Source: Daphnia carinata
Taxonomy: Eukaryota
Reading direction: 5' to 3'
DNA length: 64,000 nucleotides
Assembly: GCF_022539665.2 (NCBI RefSeq)
Contig: NC_081332.1
Span: 3,286,001 to 3,350,000, forward strand
Position numbers and translations under genes: made by a program. Positions 24,952 to 40,026 of this stretch are shown one piece after another. Positions within the stretch are counted from its first letter, which is position 1, and every line of letters begins with the position of its first letter. The notes beneath the pieces were generated by a model that had not been told where the DNA came from, did no database searches, and saw only the letters and a program-made list of their open reading frames with translations.

Positions 24952-27900
24952 AATCAAGCGAATCGAGGGCCGACGCGGAAATTGAACAATAGCACTATAA
25001 AAGTGGGACACACAAGAATAGGAAAAGCGAGGGGACGAAAGGCTGGACAATAGGAGGGACGTACAATTTTGATAATTTGACGTATTGTCGACAGACTTTT
25101 TCTCTCTCAAGTTGGAGGCCATTCAGGTTGGCGAGATGGGGTGGGGTGGGGGAGGACAGAGGAAATTGTAGGTATATTTACTACTCTTCAAGGGCTTGTG
25201 TTGAGGAGGGGGGGTTAGTGGGCGAACCGGTAATAACAACACAAGATTCATGACAATGAAATTGAACCTATCACAAGGACGTGCAACGATGGATATTGCC
25301 CATAGATCCGGGTCGTTTCACCCCAATCGAGAGGCCATTCAGATTGGGTCAACGCAACCCGCCTAACAGAAAATAAATAAAAACACCGTGACGACAGACG
25401 GATCAATTTCTCGTGTCCAGGAGGCCAAAAAAACAAAACAAAAAACAATGGCCAGCTTTTTCGATAACAGATCCTCCCCCCCCCCCCAAAAAAAAAAAAG
25501 TTTTTCGTCCTACTCACTCACGACGTTGATTTCATACGAAAAAAAAAAAAAAAAAGTATTGCTGCATTCATTTGACCGAACGAAGAAGCATAAAAATACA
25601 AGATTTCTTCGTCTAGTCAACCGGAAACTTTGGAAACATTTCCCCTCCACCTCCCCCCCCCCCTTTTCATCAAAATAAGCGGCGGGTGGTAGATCGACTA
25701 CCTTTCTTTATCGTGAATCTCTTCTATTTCAAATGAGAAAAAAAAGAGAGTAAGGAACAACAACCCCCAATGTAATATTGGACTCTGTACATATTACCAA
25801 GTAATAAACTTCCGTAACGTTCCTTTATTTCCTCTTCCGCAAACGATGGCCGTGAGTGACAAGGTGATCAAACTTCCGTCTTTCGAACTCGCCACCCCTC
25901 AACCCCGTATAGAAAATCCACATGCATACACAAATAAAGTTGATAAGCAAAAAGTAAAGAGAGTGGGGAGGGTGAAAGAGAGGACAAAGAGAGTGCAGCC
26001 CATCAAATGTTGTGCAGCGAGGGATCACACATTTGAGAGGAATCATTTCCTTCTCGATGTGCGTGTACATCTTATTAATAACCTGTCGCGTGCCGTAAAC
26101 ACAACACACACGCCCCTTTCTTGCACTGGCAGCTCCAAAGGAAGAGCGTGAGGCTCGGCTTTTGTTTGACAACGAGGAGCAGACAGTTTGTGCTTATCGT
26201 TTGGCGTTCGCTAAGACATAAAAGACACGTCACGAGGTTCCCGTAATCGTCATTCCCGTTGAATCGTTCGAGTGTGCGTTCGTGCCTTTATCGCGAATCG
26301 CCGACTTTTGGATTACAGGAATTCGAACCAATGCACTTCAAGTTTTTTTGTTTTGTTTTTTTTTTTGCCTCCTCGTTTGTTAACCCCCGTTTTCTTTTCG
26401 TTTTCGCAATTTGGACAGTCAGTTGAGCGTTTCGTATGATAATGACAACTCCCCTCATCAACAAGGACAAACTGGTTCCATCCGGAATACGTTCAGCAAA
26501 GACCTAGTTGAAACCACCAACCCATTTTTGTTTCTTTGTTTTTTTTTTTGTTTTTTTTTTAACGACGTACAGAGTTTATGTTAATAGAAAGATGTGCGGG
26601 GAGGCAAACAGCAAAGCCTCCTTGATCCTTGCAGCCCGTACTAAGCCATTGGCAAAGTACTACCTGGTATATAATACACCTTATATAATAGATATAGAGG
26701 GTCTTTATTCCTGTATTATTACATGCGAAGGGAGCGGGGCGTATTACTTCCTGACAAAAGAGCTCGAAGCTCCTACTTATTGCGAGCCTATTTCGTTTGA
26801 TTAAAAAGACATAAAAAAAAGGGTCAAAAGGAAGGTCTTTAATCCATTAGCATCGAATACAAGATCCGTACGTTCTCATTTGTTTTTTTTAAATAGAAAA
26901 AAGGCATAGAGTTATTGGTCGAATCGAGGCAGATCCGCAGTTGAGAGCCCACGCAGGCGCAAATGCAAATGCCAAAAAAAAACAAAAAAAACTCAATCAT
27001 TTTTAAATGCGCATATGAAAACAATTTTTCGTGCGTTTTTCGAAAGTGCTTCTTTCTCCTCATTTCAAACAAAAGGAAGGAAAAAAAAAATAATAAAAGG
27101 TTAACGCAGTCCGCCGATGCAAGATGGACGAGATAGAAAATGGATATTGTACAAGAGCCGCGTGGAAAAATAAGACCATCAGCTATGCCAATCAGTCACG
27201 TACTGCTTTTCAATCCATCGATTTCACGCCCGGCATAAAAAAACAAAACAAATATTTACAGAACTGTATGGACGATTTCCTTTCCTCGTTTCCCTTCAGC
27301 ATTGATGGCCAGTTTTAAAAAAGCTCAATGCTTATGCAACGTACACAGCGCTATTCATCCAGACCAAAAATGCTCATCGAGAGAGGGGAGGGGGGGGGGG
27401 GGGGGGGGAGAAAAGAATAATGCCCAAACTCGTGTATACATTCGTCTCTACCCAATGCAATTGCAAAGTGCATCCTTTCGATCATTAATGAGCAATGAGC
27501 AATACAGGGAGCAATAATAGCCGAGCTGAAAAACAAGTAGATGGTCAGAGCGTTAACCGTGACACGGGCTGGCAATGAAGGAAGAGGGGGGAGGGGGAGG
27601 GAGCGACTCAATTGCATTGGGATCGGACACGGTCTCCGATGTGACACACCCTCTCCCATATCCCAAGAATTTTTCTCCTTGGGACGCGAGCGCTATGTTC
27701 AGCGGACGTACGGACGCACATAAGGTATGCATCCGTCCGTTGCACACGCAAGTGAATTATCCTGAAGAAGGGACGGGGGGGGGGGGGAGAGAGCAGAGGC
27801 TGGGGCAAGAGCTCGACAAGAGCTCGACATGTCTTACTTAACATTCCCGGGCGCACGTTGGTCGATGGACGACAGTCCAAATGTGTAGTGGTGCGCTCCG

Positions 27901-30900
27901 TCTAGCGGAACTGCCATCGGCAACAATATATTTCTATATATTGTACCAATCAAATCCAGCCCCCACTCTTTTTTTTTTCCCGCTCGTAAATTACAAATAA
28001 GAGTGGAGGGGGGGGGGGGGTCAAGATTCAAAGCAAAGCTATACAAAAATAATGCGATGGCCCTCCCACACATTTTTTTTTTTTTTTTTTTTTTTTTTAA
28101 CGATCCTCCGGCGGCAATTTCGAAGTCGGCGTTGGCGTCGCTAAATCAACAGTTGATTTCTTTTTCTTCCCTCTTCCCGGTGCGTTGAAAACAAAATGTA
28201 GTAAAGAGGATAGGACATAAAGAAACGCACTTCATCTTATCGAGTTGAAGATAACAGCCTGTGTGTCTTTGGCGGAGGCGAAAGAGCCTCGGCTTACGGA
28301 GTGAGAATGTACAAGACGGAAAGGAATCGGACGACAGATTTAATCCCAAAGATGATAGGAAAAGTAAAAAGACCTACTACTCACGGCATTACATCACAGC
28401 AAAAACAAAAACTAAAAGAAAAAGATAAAAAAAAAAAAAAAAAAGGCTGTTGCTACTGGAAATATAGCGCCAAGGTTGCCACCGTATAAGAAGCTTCTTC
28501 TTTTCTTTTCTTTTCTTTTTTTTTTTATCTCATCCAAATTTTAAATGTTCATTTATAAGCTTTTAGTCTTCGATAAAAGAAAAACAAAATTCAAAGGAAA
28601 CCCGGTGGTGCTATGGCAGTATAACGAAAAAATAAAAAATAAATACATTTCCAGTATTCCATCAAATAATTCAAGGCTAATTCTCTCTCCCTTTTGTTTT
28701 TTTTTCCTTCCTTCTATTCGCTATAGAATAGTCAATGTAGAGCGTAACGTATAGACATACACCGTTTCAAAAAGGCTTTTGCCAAGCCGATCCAAAGGAT
28801 AACGTTCCTCATTAAGAGAATATGAGACAAAAAGCAACGGATATCTGAAGGACGTTTTTTTTTTTTTTTTTTTTCTTTCTTCTACTTCTTCCCTTTTGTG
28901 ACTTGTCCTCAATCTTCAACTTAAGGCAAAGGATAAAAAAAGAAACCCTTTTGTTTTACTTAACGATAACAGCTAAAACATAATTTCTTTTTTTTTTCTA
29001 TCCGGAGATAAGAAAAGAAGAATTTCTTTTTTGTCTTTTTCGCGATGTTCCCAATGTTGGATGCATCGAAGGTCCGAGCAATGCCAACAACTAAAACTGG
29101 CCAAAAAAACAAAAACAAAACGGAAAGACGGGTCGCAACAAGCGGAGGGGACCTCCCAAAAAAAAAAACAAAAAAAAAAACACAACAACACAAGAGCTCC
29201 AGGGGTAAAACATCCATTAAGTGAACAAAACAAAACAAAAAAGAAATAAAAGAAACGAACAGACTATGTCTGCTGGGCAGCCGTAAACAAAGAGGACATT
29301 GCGATTGAGTACGGCCATCTATATAAAGGCGGGAGGTAAAGTACCAAAAAAAAACAAAAAAAGAGCCGAATGTATGCCGAAAATGACGTTCAAGCGCCTC
29401 GACGCCATCTACAAACCATAGAGGCGGATGAACGCTGCCCGGCACGACAAGTTCTATTGCCTTTATATAAAAGCAATATTTTTTTTTTTTTTTTTTTTTG
29501 TCAGCATCCCCTAGGAGACGAGATTAATTCGATGGAACCTTTTTCGTCGTTAAGGGCCGGGCGACTCTCGCTTGGCATTGACGTCGCCGCTACACATAGT
29601 CCAGTATAGAAAACGGACCAACAGCACCTGACACATTTAATCCGCTTTCCCTGCCGAAACGAAAAGGAAGCTGCGGCGATTCAACCGTGTGTTCCAGCCG
29701 ACGTTCGGAACGGCTCTTATATTCTAAGGCCCAGAAATGATGACGGCCACTGTCGTCCCCCCCCCCCCCCTTCCTTTTCACGGACCAAGGCGTACAACAT
29801 TATTAACTGGTCCGATGACGCATACTAACTCCCCTTTTTTTTTTTTTTTTTTTTCTCTCGCTCACTCTCTCGCTTCGATGCTACGTGTTTACATATGTAT
29901 ACACATGGCACAAAACAGAGAGAAATAACCAAAGAAAAGAAAAAAAAAACCCGGATGTCTATTCATTTCCTCCCGACGGCCTTTGCACACGAAACGGTAA
30001 TGGCTGCACAACTCGACGTAATGGAAACACACACACACGCAGTGGGCGCGAGATATGAATACGCCGAATGCGCATAATGGGGCCTTTTGCCTTCGAATGT
30101 TTAGCCTATTACGAACCACGGCAGGAGAGAATGAGAAGCTGGGGGAAATGCGTTGTGCCGTAAAGGTTTTTTTTTTTTTTTTCTTCTTTTTTTTCCAGTG
30201 GGCGACGGCCATACATCAAGCGAGGGAAATGGGAAAATCCGTCTAGATTTATGCACGTGTACATGTTATGGAGACTATTGGCTAAGGAGGAATATCGTTT
30301 TTTTTTTTTTTTTTTTTTTTTTTCTGGTAATGATCGCCATCAATGGAGCGCAAGAGAGAAAAAGGAGGGGATTGATGGTGTGCGGTAGAGATCTTTCAGA
30401 AAATGGAACAATGTTACAACTACAAAGCTTCTGCCAAATTATGGACTGCGTAACAAGAAGAACGGTTGCCGCACATCATTAGAAAAATAAACCAGGGGAT
30501 CCTGTTTGTTTTTTTTCTTTAGCGAATTTGTTTTGCCATGTTCTCCCGTTATAAACAACGCGATAACATAACAAGAATGAATGAAAAACGAAAAAAACAA
30601 AAACAAAACAAAAAAATGATGGCGGGTAGCGCTGCAAGCAATAAAAGAGATTCTAAAAAAAAACAAAAACAGGAGGCCTCAAACGAACGGATTCAAAATA
30701 AATGCCATCAGATTTCAAACGGGAGCAAAATCCTTCAGCTTTTCGACAATTAAACTGAAGAGAGAGATTCAAAAAAAAAAAAAAAAAAAAGAAAAGGATT
30801 CATTTGTGGCTGCTTTTCCCAGGCCGAGTAGAGCAGATTTTTTCCTGGGAAAAGACAACAACAATGGAAAAGCAACAAAGAGGAAAACAAGCGAGATCGA

Positions 30901-32673
30901 TTGTGAACAGAGTTGCATTTCAACCACCAAGTGGAATACAGTGGTTGTATCACAACAGGTGTGTCGCCATGACAACTGACGCAGCCAGTCATCCACGACG
31001 TCTTTTGACGGGATTTCTTTCGTAAAAAGCCAACAGAGCAAAACATAAAAAAAAAAAAACATTTGGAAAAGAAGAAGAAAAAAAATTCTTTTTTTCTTTC
31101 GTTCAACGATAGATAAAAAGATGCGTCAAGTATTGAACGTTTGTCATTATCAAGGATATATCCCCCCCCCCCGGAAGTACCAACGGACAAAATTTCGAGC
31201 TCCTCCCCCCTGTCTCTTTAGTCTACATCTCCATCCATTCGAGGAGGCAAATGCAAGTTGAATGTTCAATTTTCTACCTACGCTCATTTCTTTAAAAAAA
31301 AAAAAAAAAAAGAAATTTTTAATCAACTGGTCGATTGTTTGTCTTGTTTTGCTCGCTATCTTCGTTAGTTGTGCGAAGCTTCGAGATCATTATGCACAAT
31401 TCCGTCAGCCGCGATGTTCAACAACAACAAGAAAAATTCCATAAATGTCGTTACGCAAAAGTTCAAAGATTAAAAGAAAAAAAATGCTCAAACTTGTGGA
31501 AAAAAGTTTGGATCAATCAAGTGGGGTGGAAAAAAATTGGTATAGGGAAAGAACTTTGAAAAAAAAAAAAGAAAGTTCAAGAATCCAATTAACTCTGACA
31601 TCCGCTCACGCGGCACAGCACCATAGATACTGTACGGCCGGGCGGAAGGTGGCAATGGGTGAATCAAAATTTAAAAAAAAAAAAAAAAAAAAAAACGCAG
31701 GAGATTGAATGGCAAGTTTCATAATTGGTTACACATGTGGAAAACAAGATGTTGATCATCGTCACAGATTGCGCTCATTATGGCAAACGATACATTCAAG
31801 CGAATCGTCCTGAATGGAGGAACGTCATTTTCACGGGAACCCAACCGGAAATTGGATTGCCGATCTCGCTCTTTTAAAAAATACCTCCATATAAAATCGT
31901 CTAGTTCAAATGATATGAAAAAAAAAAAAAAAAAAAAATCCCTCCATTTTAACGAGGAGGAAAAAAGACAAAGTATTTTTCAAAAACTCTTTCTTCTTAC
32001 TTCAACAAAAGTTCACTTGCAATACGGAGAAACGTTGCTGCGTTATTGGAATATGATAACGAGCATCCCACCCACCCTCCCCATTTCGTGCTTTTTTTTT
32101 TTTTACTCACTTTGATTACGTAGTCACACGTATTCAAATTAGTTTCATCGCACGTGGCCCGAGTCAATAGCAGCGCAGCATCTTGTACGTATTGGGGAAG
32201 GGCGCGTTCGAAGATGACGACAAGTCGACGGGAGTCGCTCGGTGACGATGGGAGTATCATTGAACACGGTGGGCTGACGGCATGGAAACAAGCCACGCCA
32301 AGTTGCACCGCTACGTTTTTCGTTTGTAACACAACATTCAAAACTTGGCATTGACTTGGGAAAACTTCGTGCGCTCGCTGCTTGCGACTCTCCAACCCCT
32401 AAAGTTGGGATAGCAACAAGCCAATAGTTTCGTAATCAAAACGAGCTCTCAACCGAGCATAGTGCCGCAATTCTTCGTTTGTTTTCGTTTCTTTTTTTTT
32501 TTTTTTTTTTTTTTCAAATGAACGTTACAACTGTTATGCGAACTCACTTTCAACGTTCATTCCCTCGCTTTTCTTCAATCGAACGATGTTTCCCTACGCT
32601 ACGTTTTGGCTTCGAACCCGAAAACTGTCAAAACAAAAAAAAAAAAAGAAAAGGACAAGGAAATGCCACCTAC

Positions 32674-32889
32674 CGGTCGAATATGGAATGACTTCGTAGG
32701 TCGGCGGCTCGTCGCTGTTGTCCTTGGTGACCACCAGAGTGGCTGCACGCTGTTGCTGAAGCGGCTGTGACTGAAGCGCCACCAGACTCGGGTGGTTGAA
32801 CGAAGAACCGCGCGGCGGGAAATCCGGCGGAGGCGGAGGAGCTCCCATGCCGTTGCCTGGAGCCGGAGCTGGCGGAGGTGTTCCGTGAT
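32674..32889 (-). CDS. Ten-a: Teneurin coding exon 4 (DHGTPPPAPAPGNGMGAPPPPPDFPPRG...EPPTYEVIPYST), proline-rich
   Basis: AATCAG acceptor and G|GTAGGT donor, symmetric phase 1-1, 216 nt. Polyproline stretches are typical of teneurin intracellular domains. Confidence 0.82.
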
Positions 32890-35800
32890 CTGATTCAAGC
32901 AAAACAAGCAAAACCGACACAAAAACAGATTAAACAAATGTGAATTAAGAAACTTCTTCTGAAAGCAAAAGTAAAACGTCAATAAAAAAATCAAGTAAAC
33001 AAGAACATCTCTACTACCTACTGTACACAAACAGATCAAATAGACGAAACGGGGGAGGGGGGTGAGGTATCATAGAAGCGCAAAGTCGAGAGGCTGAACA
33101 CGAGGTAGAGAGCAAAGCTATTGATTTTTTTTTTTTCCTTCCGCCCTATTCTTCCGCATTCTAGTGTGCCCAACTTGTTCCGAAAGACAAGCCGGCCGCA
33201 CGTAATACATGGCCGTGCCACCCCGAGAGAGTCTGTGGCATAGTCAAATAAAACAAGGCGACCTAACAAACTGCACACACAAGCAGCGGATCCAGTATGA
33301 CGTTATTTTTTTTATTTTTTTTCTGCACTGGATACGCGGCATGTAAGGTGCGTGTGTGCGTCTACCTAATACCCCCTCCCCCCCCCCCCCCCCCCTAAAC
33401 CCCGCGCACAAGCGCCACTTGCCAGAAAAGCGGAGAGCACGAAAGGCGAGCCACTATTGAATAATTCAAAGGAGGCAGTCAAAGGCTGGCGTTCGAATTT
33501 CAGAGGTACGGCAAATACGGCGACACAACGTTTGCCACCATTTGACATTTTGAGCTTAGGGAAACACGATCGTCGATGCCGCAGGAATCCCCGCCCGTCG
33601 GCCGGCAGTGTCACGAAATGTACAAAGGCAAACAGGTTAGTTATGTGTTTAGTTCCTCACGAGCCGAATTGCGTCACGGCTGTTTACGTATGCAATTATG
33701 CCTACAATGTGCAGAGGATAGACAATCGGTTCCGGCTAAGCCGACAGTCGGATCTGTGGAGAGGGGGGGGGGGGAGGGATGTATATAGGAGGGAGTTAAC
33801 TTAGGGAATAAAGCGCTTTCTCATTTTACGACAACGGAAACTGTTCCAAATGAGCATGTCAGTGTAAATAGAGAACCTCCTATTAAGCAGTCACGTGTAA
33901 CAGTCAAACTGGACCACCCATCAAAACGAAAAAAGAGTAGACGAAACACGTAAAGAGAGATAGAAAAAATAAAATAAAACAAGAGGACATGTAAATTCAG
34001 GCTGGCGCTTTTGTGGAAAGAATAAAGGCCCCGCTTGGCCAGACCTCCCTCTCTCTTCTGCTCATTAGCATTTCAACATGTGCAAATGACGTCGCGCTGT
34101 ATAAATAAAGTTTGCCTCCGCAGCTTGAGCAGCCAAGCGAGCAACTACGTAGGGCCATCCACAGACGGGCACGACCCCCCATTTTTTCTTTTCAAGGGGT
34201 TCTTTCAATTTTATTTGATGTAGACCTATGCATTTACTCTGACTGGCTAGGGCGGACTTTACGGCGTAGGAGATAAATACATAACGTCTTTGGTCGATCT
34301 CTTTTGTTCAAAGCTCTCTTTTTCCCCTTGAACAAAAAAATAAAATAATAAAGAAAACCGCCCACCATCCGTCGTAATCTCTCGTATCAATTTTACATGC
34401 CAGCTCCAGCGAGTTCAAAATAAATCTGCATAAAAAAAAAAAAAAAAAAAAAAGAGGCAGAAAGACCGGCCAATGATGGTCTACTATTTACTAGAGTAGC
34501 AGCCAGTATAAGAAGAAGATTTGAAATATTACGTCAAACCTTCCTCTCCATCCGGAAACAGTTTCGGGGGGGGGGGGGGGGGAACGATGGAAATGAAGAT
34601 GAAAGGAAAGCCCTCCATTCGACTGAATCGCTAAATAGCCAAACGTTTTTCTTTCTTTCTTTTCTTTTTTTTTTTTTTTTTTTTTTTTACGTACATTTAT
34701 TTTTACGTACATACATAAGTATCCATTTTGGCTGTCATCTTCTCTTTTTATTTTTTTATTTTTTTAAGGCTTCGGAAAATATGGAGAAATGTGCTAACAG
34801 TGAAGGAAAGAGAGATTTTAGTGTAGGACCATATAAAAAAAAATGACTGTATGACAGATGAAATAAAAAAAAAAAAGAGGGGGAGTTCTTTCAACGTCAA
34901 AGTATCTTCATTTTCTCTTGAAATTGCAAACATCAATTCAAGAATAAAAAAAAATACTATCGCCAAATATGTGTTATCGAGCCAGACCGATAAAAAAAGA
35001 AAAAGAACGAATATAATAATAATAATAATAACAATAATAATAATAAATTTAGCCACGAACGATAAACGATGTCGAGCAGACAACACAACGGGCGTGCATA
35101 ATGACATCCCGTTTCAATCGTGTACAGCTAAAACTCGCATATGTCGCAACAAGCACGCCGAGTGCTACACAAACAACGTTGTATACTTAATGACAATCCG
35201 TCCACAATCCGTCCACAATAGGAGAGAGGGGGAGATGGGGAAGAAGAGGGAGGAAGCCGACGACAAGAGCACGAGGCTTTGAAATTGCCGCTTTTAACCT
35301 CTGCGACCTTTCGTGATCAAAATGTACACGCCAAAAACTGTCCCCACAAATGCGAACGGCTGCAACGCAACAATCCCCCCCCCCCCCCCCCCCCAACTGT
35401 CAACCGCAACGGTGCAAAATTCAACTCCCCCCCTTTTTTTTTTTTTTTAATTACAATTATATATTTGCAAGAGAAAATTGGATCGATTTTAAGTACCGGT
35501 AAAATGCAGCATCAAAAGACTCTTTTTAAAAAAAAAATCTCATTGTTACGAATATGACAACTTCCCTCTTTCTCTTTCCGATCGTTCGTTCGTTTTATTT
35601 ATTTTTTTTATTCTATTATAATAGCCATCGTATAGAAAAAAGCAGATGGTCTCTCTCCTACTCCGATGCGGAGCGCTGGTGCGGCGACAAAGTGGCTCCA
35701 TCTCAAAAGAAAAGAAAGAAAAAGAAGTTCTTTTTCTAGCACTCCAACACACACGGTGCTGCCGTATCAATATATTATTATATTCCATAATAATACGAGC

Positions 35801-36007
35801 CGAAAAAGAACGAGAGAGAGAGAGAGAGAGAGAGAGAAAAAAAAAAGCCAAGCCCTTATTATATACCGCACAGCATAACACATTTGAATATTGATCGGTG
35901 GGCGTGGTCGCGCCGGAGCTGTGCATTTTCACGAAGCGTCTCTTTCAAAAGACCGCGCGGACCCGACTGATCGGCGCGATATATTGCCTTTCATATTACG
36001 ACGTGGA

Positions 36008-36016
<9 letters not shown>

Positions 36017-36102
<86 letters not shown>
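36017..36102. repeat. (GA)n microsatellite, about 43 units
   Basis: Uninterrupted GA dinucleotide run, read directly. Confidence 0.97.
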
Positions 36103-36104
<2 letters not shown>

Positions 36105-38541
36105 AAAAAAAAAAAAAAAAATGTGCTATTTAAAGGAGTCGATCTCTAAGAAATTTAATACAATATACACGTTAATAGAGGGCGAACTTCTTTAAGCAAA
36201 TGACGTAAAGTCTAGTAGCTCAGGCCCTTTTTTTTTTTTTTTTTTTTTTTTTGTTTATTATTATAGAAGGAAAAGAAAAACAAGAGGAAAAAAAAGAATT
36301 TGTTTCCATTTTCTTATAGTTTGTGCAGGTCGACACACACGAAATGCGTCCATCAAGGAGCAATCAGTCTGGTTGCGATTCGGTCCGCTATTCATCAACA
36401 GGCGCACACACACGGAGAGAAAGAAATAACTTGGTGGAACGCACGGACATTCCGATGAAAAGAGGTTTTTAAGATGATGATGTTACATCGTACTGGGGGC
36501 CATGATGTTTCGTTTTTTCAAAACAAAAAGAAACGAGAAGCTCGTAGTTTATGTATAAAGATTGAGAGATGCTGCCTAGTCAAAGGTAAATATTGAAATA
36601 ATAAACTTCTTTTTTTTTTTTTTTTTACTGGGTTTAAATAAAAAAAAAGAAAAAAAAAAAAAAGAAACTGTCCTATGCGACAAGCCATGAGACATAGTGT
36701 GTCGAGAGCTCAAGAGTCCTCGTGGATGCACACCAAAAAAGGGCACTGTCATCTCGAAAGACACAACGTCATCGACAGTTTTTCTTAGTTTCAAAACGAC
36801 AGCCGAATTTTTTTTTCAGGTTTCCTTTTATGGACTTTCTTTTCCTATATGCCCCCTCTCTAAATGGACGTGATTTAAAAAAGAAACAAATTAAATTAAT
36901 TTTGTTTCCCTTTTCTTTAACATTTTTTTGGTGATATTCGTGATGATACGGCGAGGACAACACGTCAACTTTGTTCCCCATTTTTGTTCTTGTTGTCTGT
37001 TCTTTTCCTTACGTGCGATGGAACACCAAAAAAAAAAAAAAGGGGGGAGGAAAAACAGAAAAGAAAAGAAAAAAAAAAAAAAAAAAATCCCAAAACGAGA
37101 CATTGGACACGACCGAAATCAGTCAGCCATCAAGGTGTCTGAATCACGCAAACTTTCATTTCTTTTTCCCGACTTTTATTGGTTAAGGGACGCAACCTTA
37201 TTGGAAAACGAGCAGCCACAAACAAGAAACTCGAACGCGACTCAACGTTCCCCTTCCCTCCCTCCCTCCCTCCCCCCCCCCCCTTAAAAAAAGAAAACAT
37301 TCTTCGACTTCTTGTGTGATCGTCATTATTTTTCAACACGTGTACCTCTTTTCAAAAAATTCATTTTCCTTTTGGCTGTTGTTTTTCTTTTTTTTCTTTT
37401 TTAAAGCCTATCGGCAATAATAGTGGGATGAAAGAAAAATATATTCATCTACAATTTTCCCTTTTTTTTTTTTTTTCTTGAACAAAAAGGGCGTGTCTAG
37501 TACGACCGAAGAAAGATGTTATTATGACCGCAGCTTTCAAATAACAAAACACGAAATTGAGATAATGAACTGCTTCTTTTCCTATCCCCCTCATTCTTTC
37601 TTTTTTCTTTTCTTTTTTTTTAGAAAACTATCTTCCCCTTTCTTTGAAAAATTCTCATAGAAAAAAGGAAATGGAAGTAATGCGTGGGCCTACATAGTGG
37701 CAAAATACAAACGATCAGTAATTATGCAAACGAAAAAGAAAAAATTCCCATCACACAAAATGCGGTAAAAAAAAAAAAAAAAAAAATCAATAAACATCAA
37801 TGACTTTATCGTTTGTTTGCCTCTCGAAACACGCCCACACATACACACGAAAATTCGGAGCAAAAACAAATAATCAACAACCATTCGATTTATCGAACGT
37901 CTCGTCATTTTGTGTGTTGCGTCCGACTCGCTTTCTCGTTGCTAACGCGCGACTGCTTTTGTAGTATTACACACACACACACACACACAAAAAAACCGAG
38001 CCCATGTGTCACATTTAGTATGGACAGGCCTTAGCCCCGGATGCCTCTGCGTTTTGTGTTGCACGGACACTAATAATAAACTAGTAGCAAGATGTACAGC
38101 GCGCACACACACACACACACACGACAAACTAACAACAAAGTCGGGTAGCCGTGCGGCGTAGCAAAGACAATCTGATCGATTGATGCATCATTTTTTATTA
38201 TTATTATTTTCCCGACTCCTTTTTGCGTTATTTAACAGCGCCCAGCTCAAAGACCATCAGCAGGTCCCCCCCCCCCCAAACAACAAACCAAAAAAAAAAA
38301 AAAAAAAAAAAAAGATGATGGAATAGGCGTACGATACAAGCGGCTTTTGTTGTTACAGCCCATACGGGTACGCCAACGATGTCAAGATTTCCCTTTTTTT
38401 TTTTTTTCGTCAACAAGCAAACAGCAAAGGCAAACAGAAGGCGATTGTCGTAATACGGCAGTAGGGCCCATCACAAGATCAGACGTTAAAAAAAAAAAAA
38501 AAAAAAAATAGATAAATAAAAAATAGGACAATGGGTACTAT

Positions 38542-38555
38542 CCACTAGATGGCGT
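38542..38555 (+). promoter_or_regulatory. CTCF-like motif CCACTAGATGGCGT
   Basis: Close match to the CTCF core consensus CCASYAGRKGGCRS; motif match only. Confidence 0.4.
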
Positions 38556-38756
38556 TATAGGACAGATTACGAGGCCAAGGGCAAGGCAGATTGCGTTTGA
38601 TCATGGGAATGACGTGACGCCAGCACGTCCTCCTCATCATTCGGGGCCGGCAATCACGACGCGTCTGTAAACGACTTGTCGCTATGAATGTATTCTTTCT
38701 TATTCTTAGAGACACGCACCTTTTGCTTTGAATAGTGGATGTCTTCAGTTCAACAT

Positions 38757-38881
<125 letters not shown>

Positions 38882-39728
38882 CCCTTAAAGACAATTTTTG
38901 ACGGACGTGACCATTGATATTGGGAGGAAATAAAATGTAAGAAAATAAAAACGACTGGAAACACGGAACCATAAAAAGGAAGTTTTTTTTTCTTTTTTTT
39001 TTTTTTTTCGTTTAGAGATGCCGGGCACGCGTTTCAAATAAAGAGCGAAAGGAACGACGACCACCAACGGCCAAAGACATCATTTGATCCGATTCGGACG
39101 GGACTTTCCGAACCGGCGTGTGACGCCGTCAATCGATGGCCTCTCTCTCTCTCTCTCTCTCTCTCCCCCCGTTTCATACACAGATATTAAAAAAAAACAA
39201 AAAAAACAAAACAAAAAAAAAAAAGGAATATGACCGAAACTGCGTCGACCTGTCAAATCATCAGACGTGCAATGCCTTAACATTTTCCCAGAGCCAAAAA
39301 CGACTCGACAAACGTTGTCAAATAGACGCAAGTTTTTTTTCCGTTATCTTTTTTTCTCCATCTGTTTTCTCCAAGAAATATCGAAAATAAATACCACCAA
39401 AACTAAAAAAACATGGAGAGAAAGGAACCAAAAATTCAAAATGAAAGAGATTTAATTTTTTTTTTTTTTCTTCCCCATCCTCTTTTGCGGCATTTCAAGA
39501 AAACGTTTTTACAAACAATGATGGCCGGGAGAACATTATCTTTGCCGTCACTTAAAGAAAATCTTGTATCGCATAACTGCACAACATGTCTTCGTTATTG
39601 TTGCTTGTGTTTCCCATTATTTTTTTTTCCCCCAACCTTCAACCGGCTGGCGCGTTTGCCGCCGACCGAACGGTACCGGTTTTTTCTTTTTATTTTCTTA
39701 TCAGTTGACCGCATCGATTGGGTTTTTC

Positions 39729-39761
<33 letters not shown>

Positions 39762-39995
39762 TTTTTGAATACCTTGTCTTGACGGAATGTCTAAACTTCT
39801 GGGAAGAAAAAGACACAAGAGGACGGGGGGGGGGAGGAAAAGAAATGGGCGAGAAACTGCCATACGGTACTGACAGCATCTGCACGCCGACGGCGTGACT
39901 GCACCGAACGCTCTCCTTCGTTCAGCCTTTGTCGCTTGCAACAACCCAAACAACAGAGTTATTGGTCCATCAAAGCCAAACAACATTTACGATAC

Positions 39996-40026
<31 letters not shown>

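Noticed and set aside
39865..39986. ATG ORF MLFGFDGPITLL... with a phase-1 C|GTATGG donor as another first exon
   Set aside because: The donor is mediocre, the composition is unlike the other ICD exons, and it is easily explained by chance.
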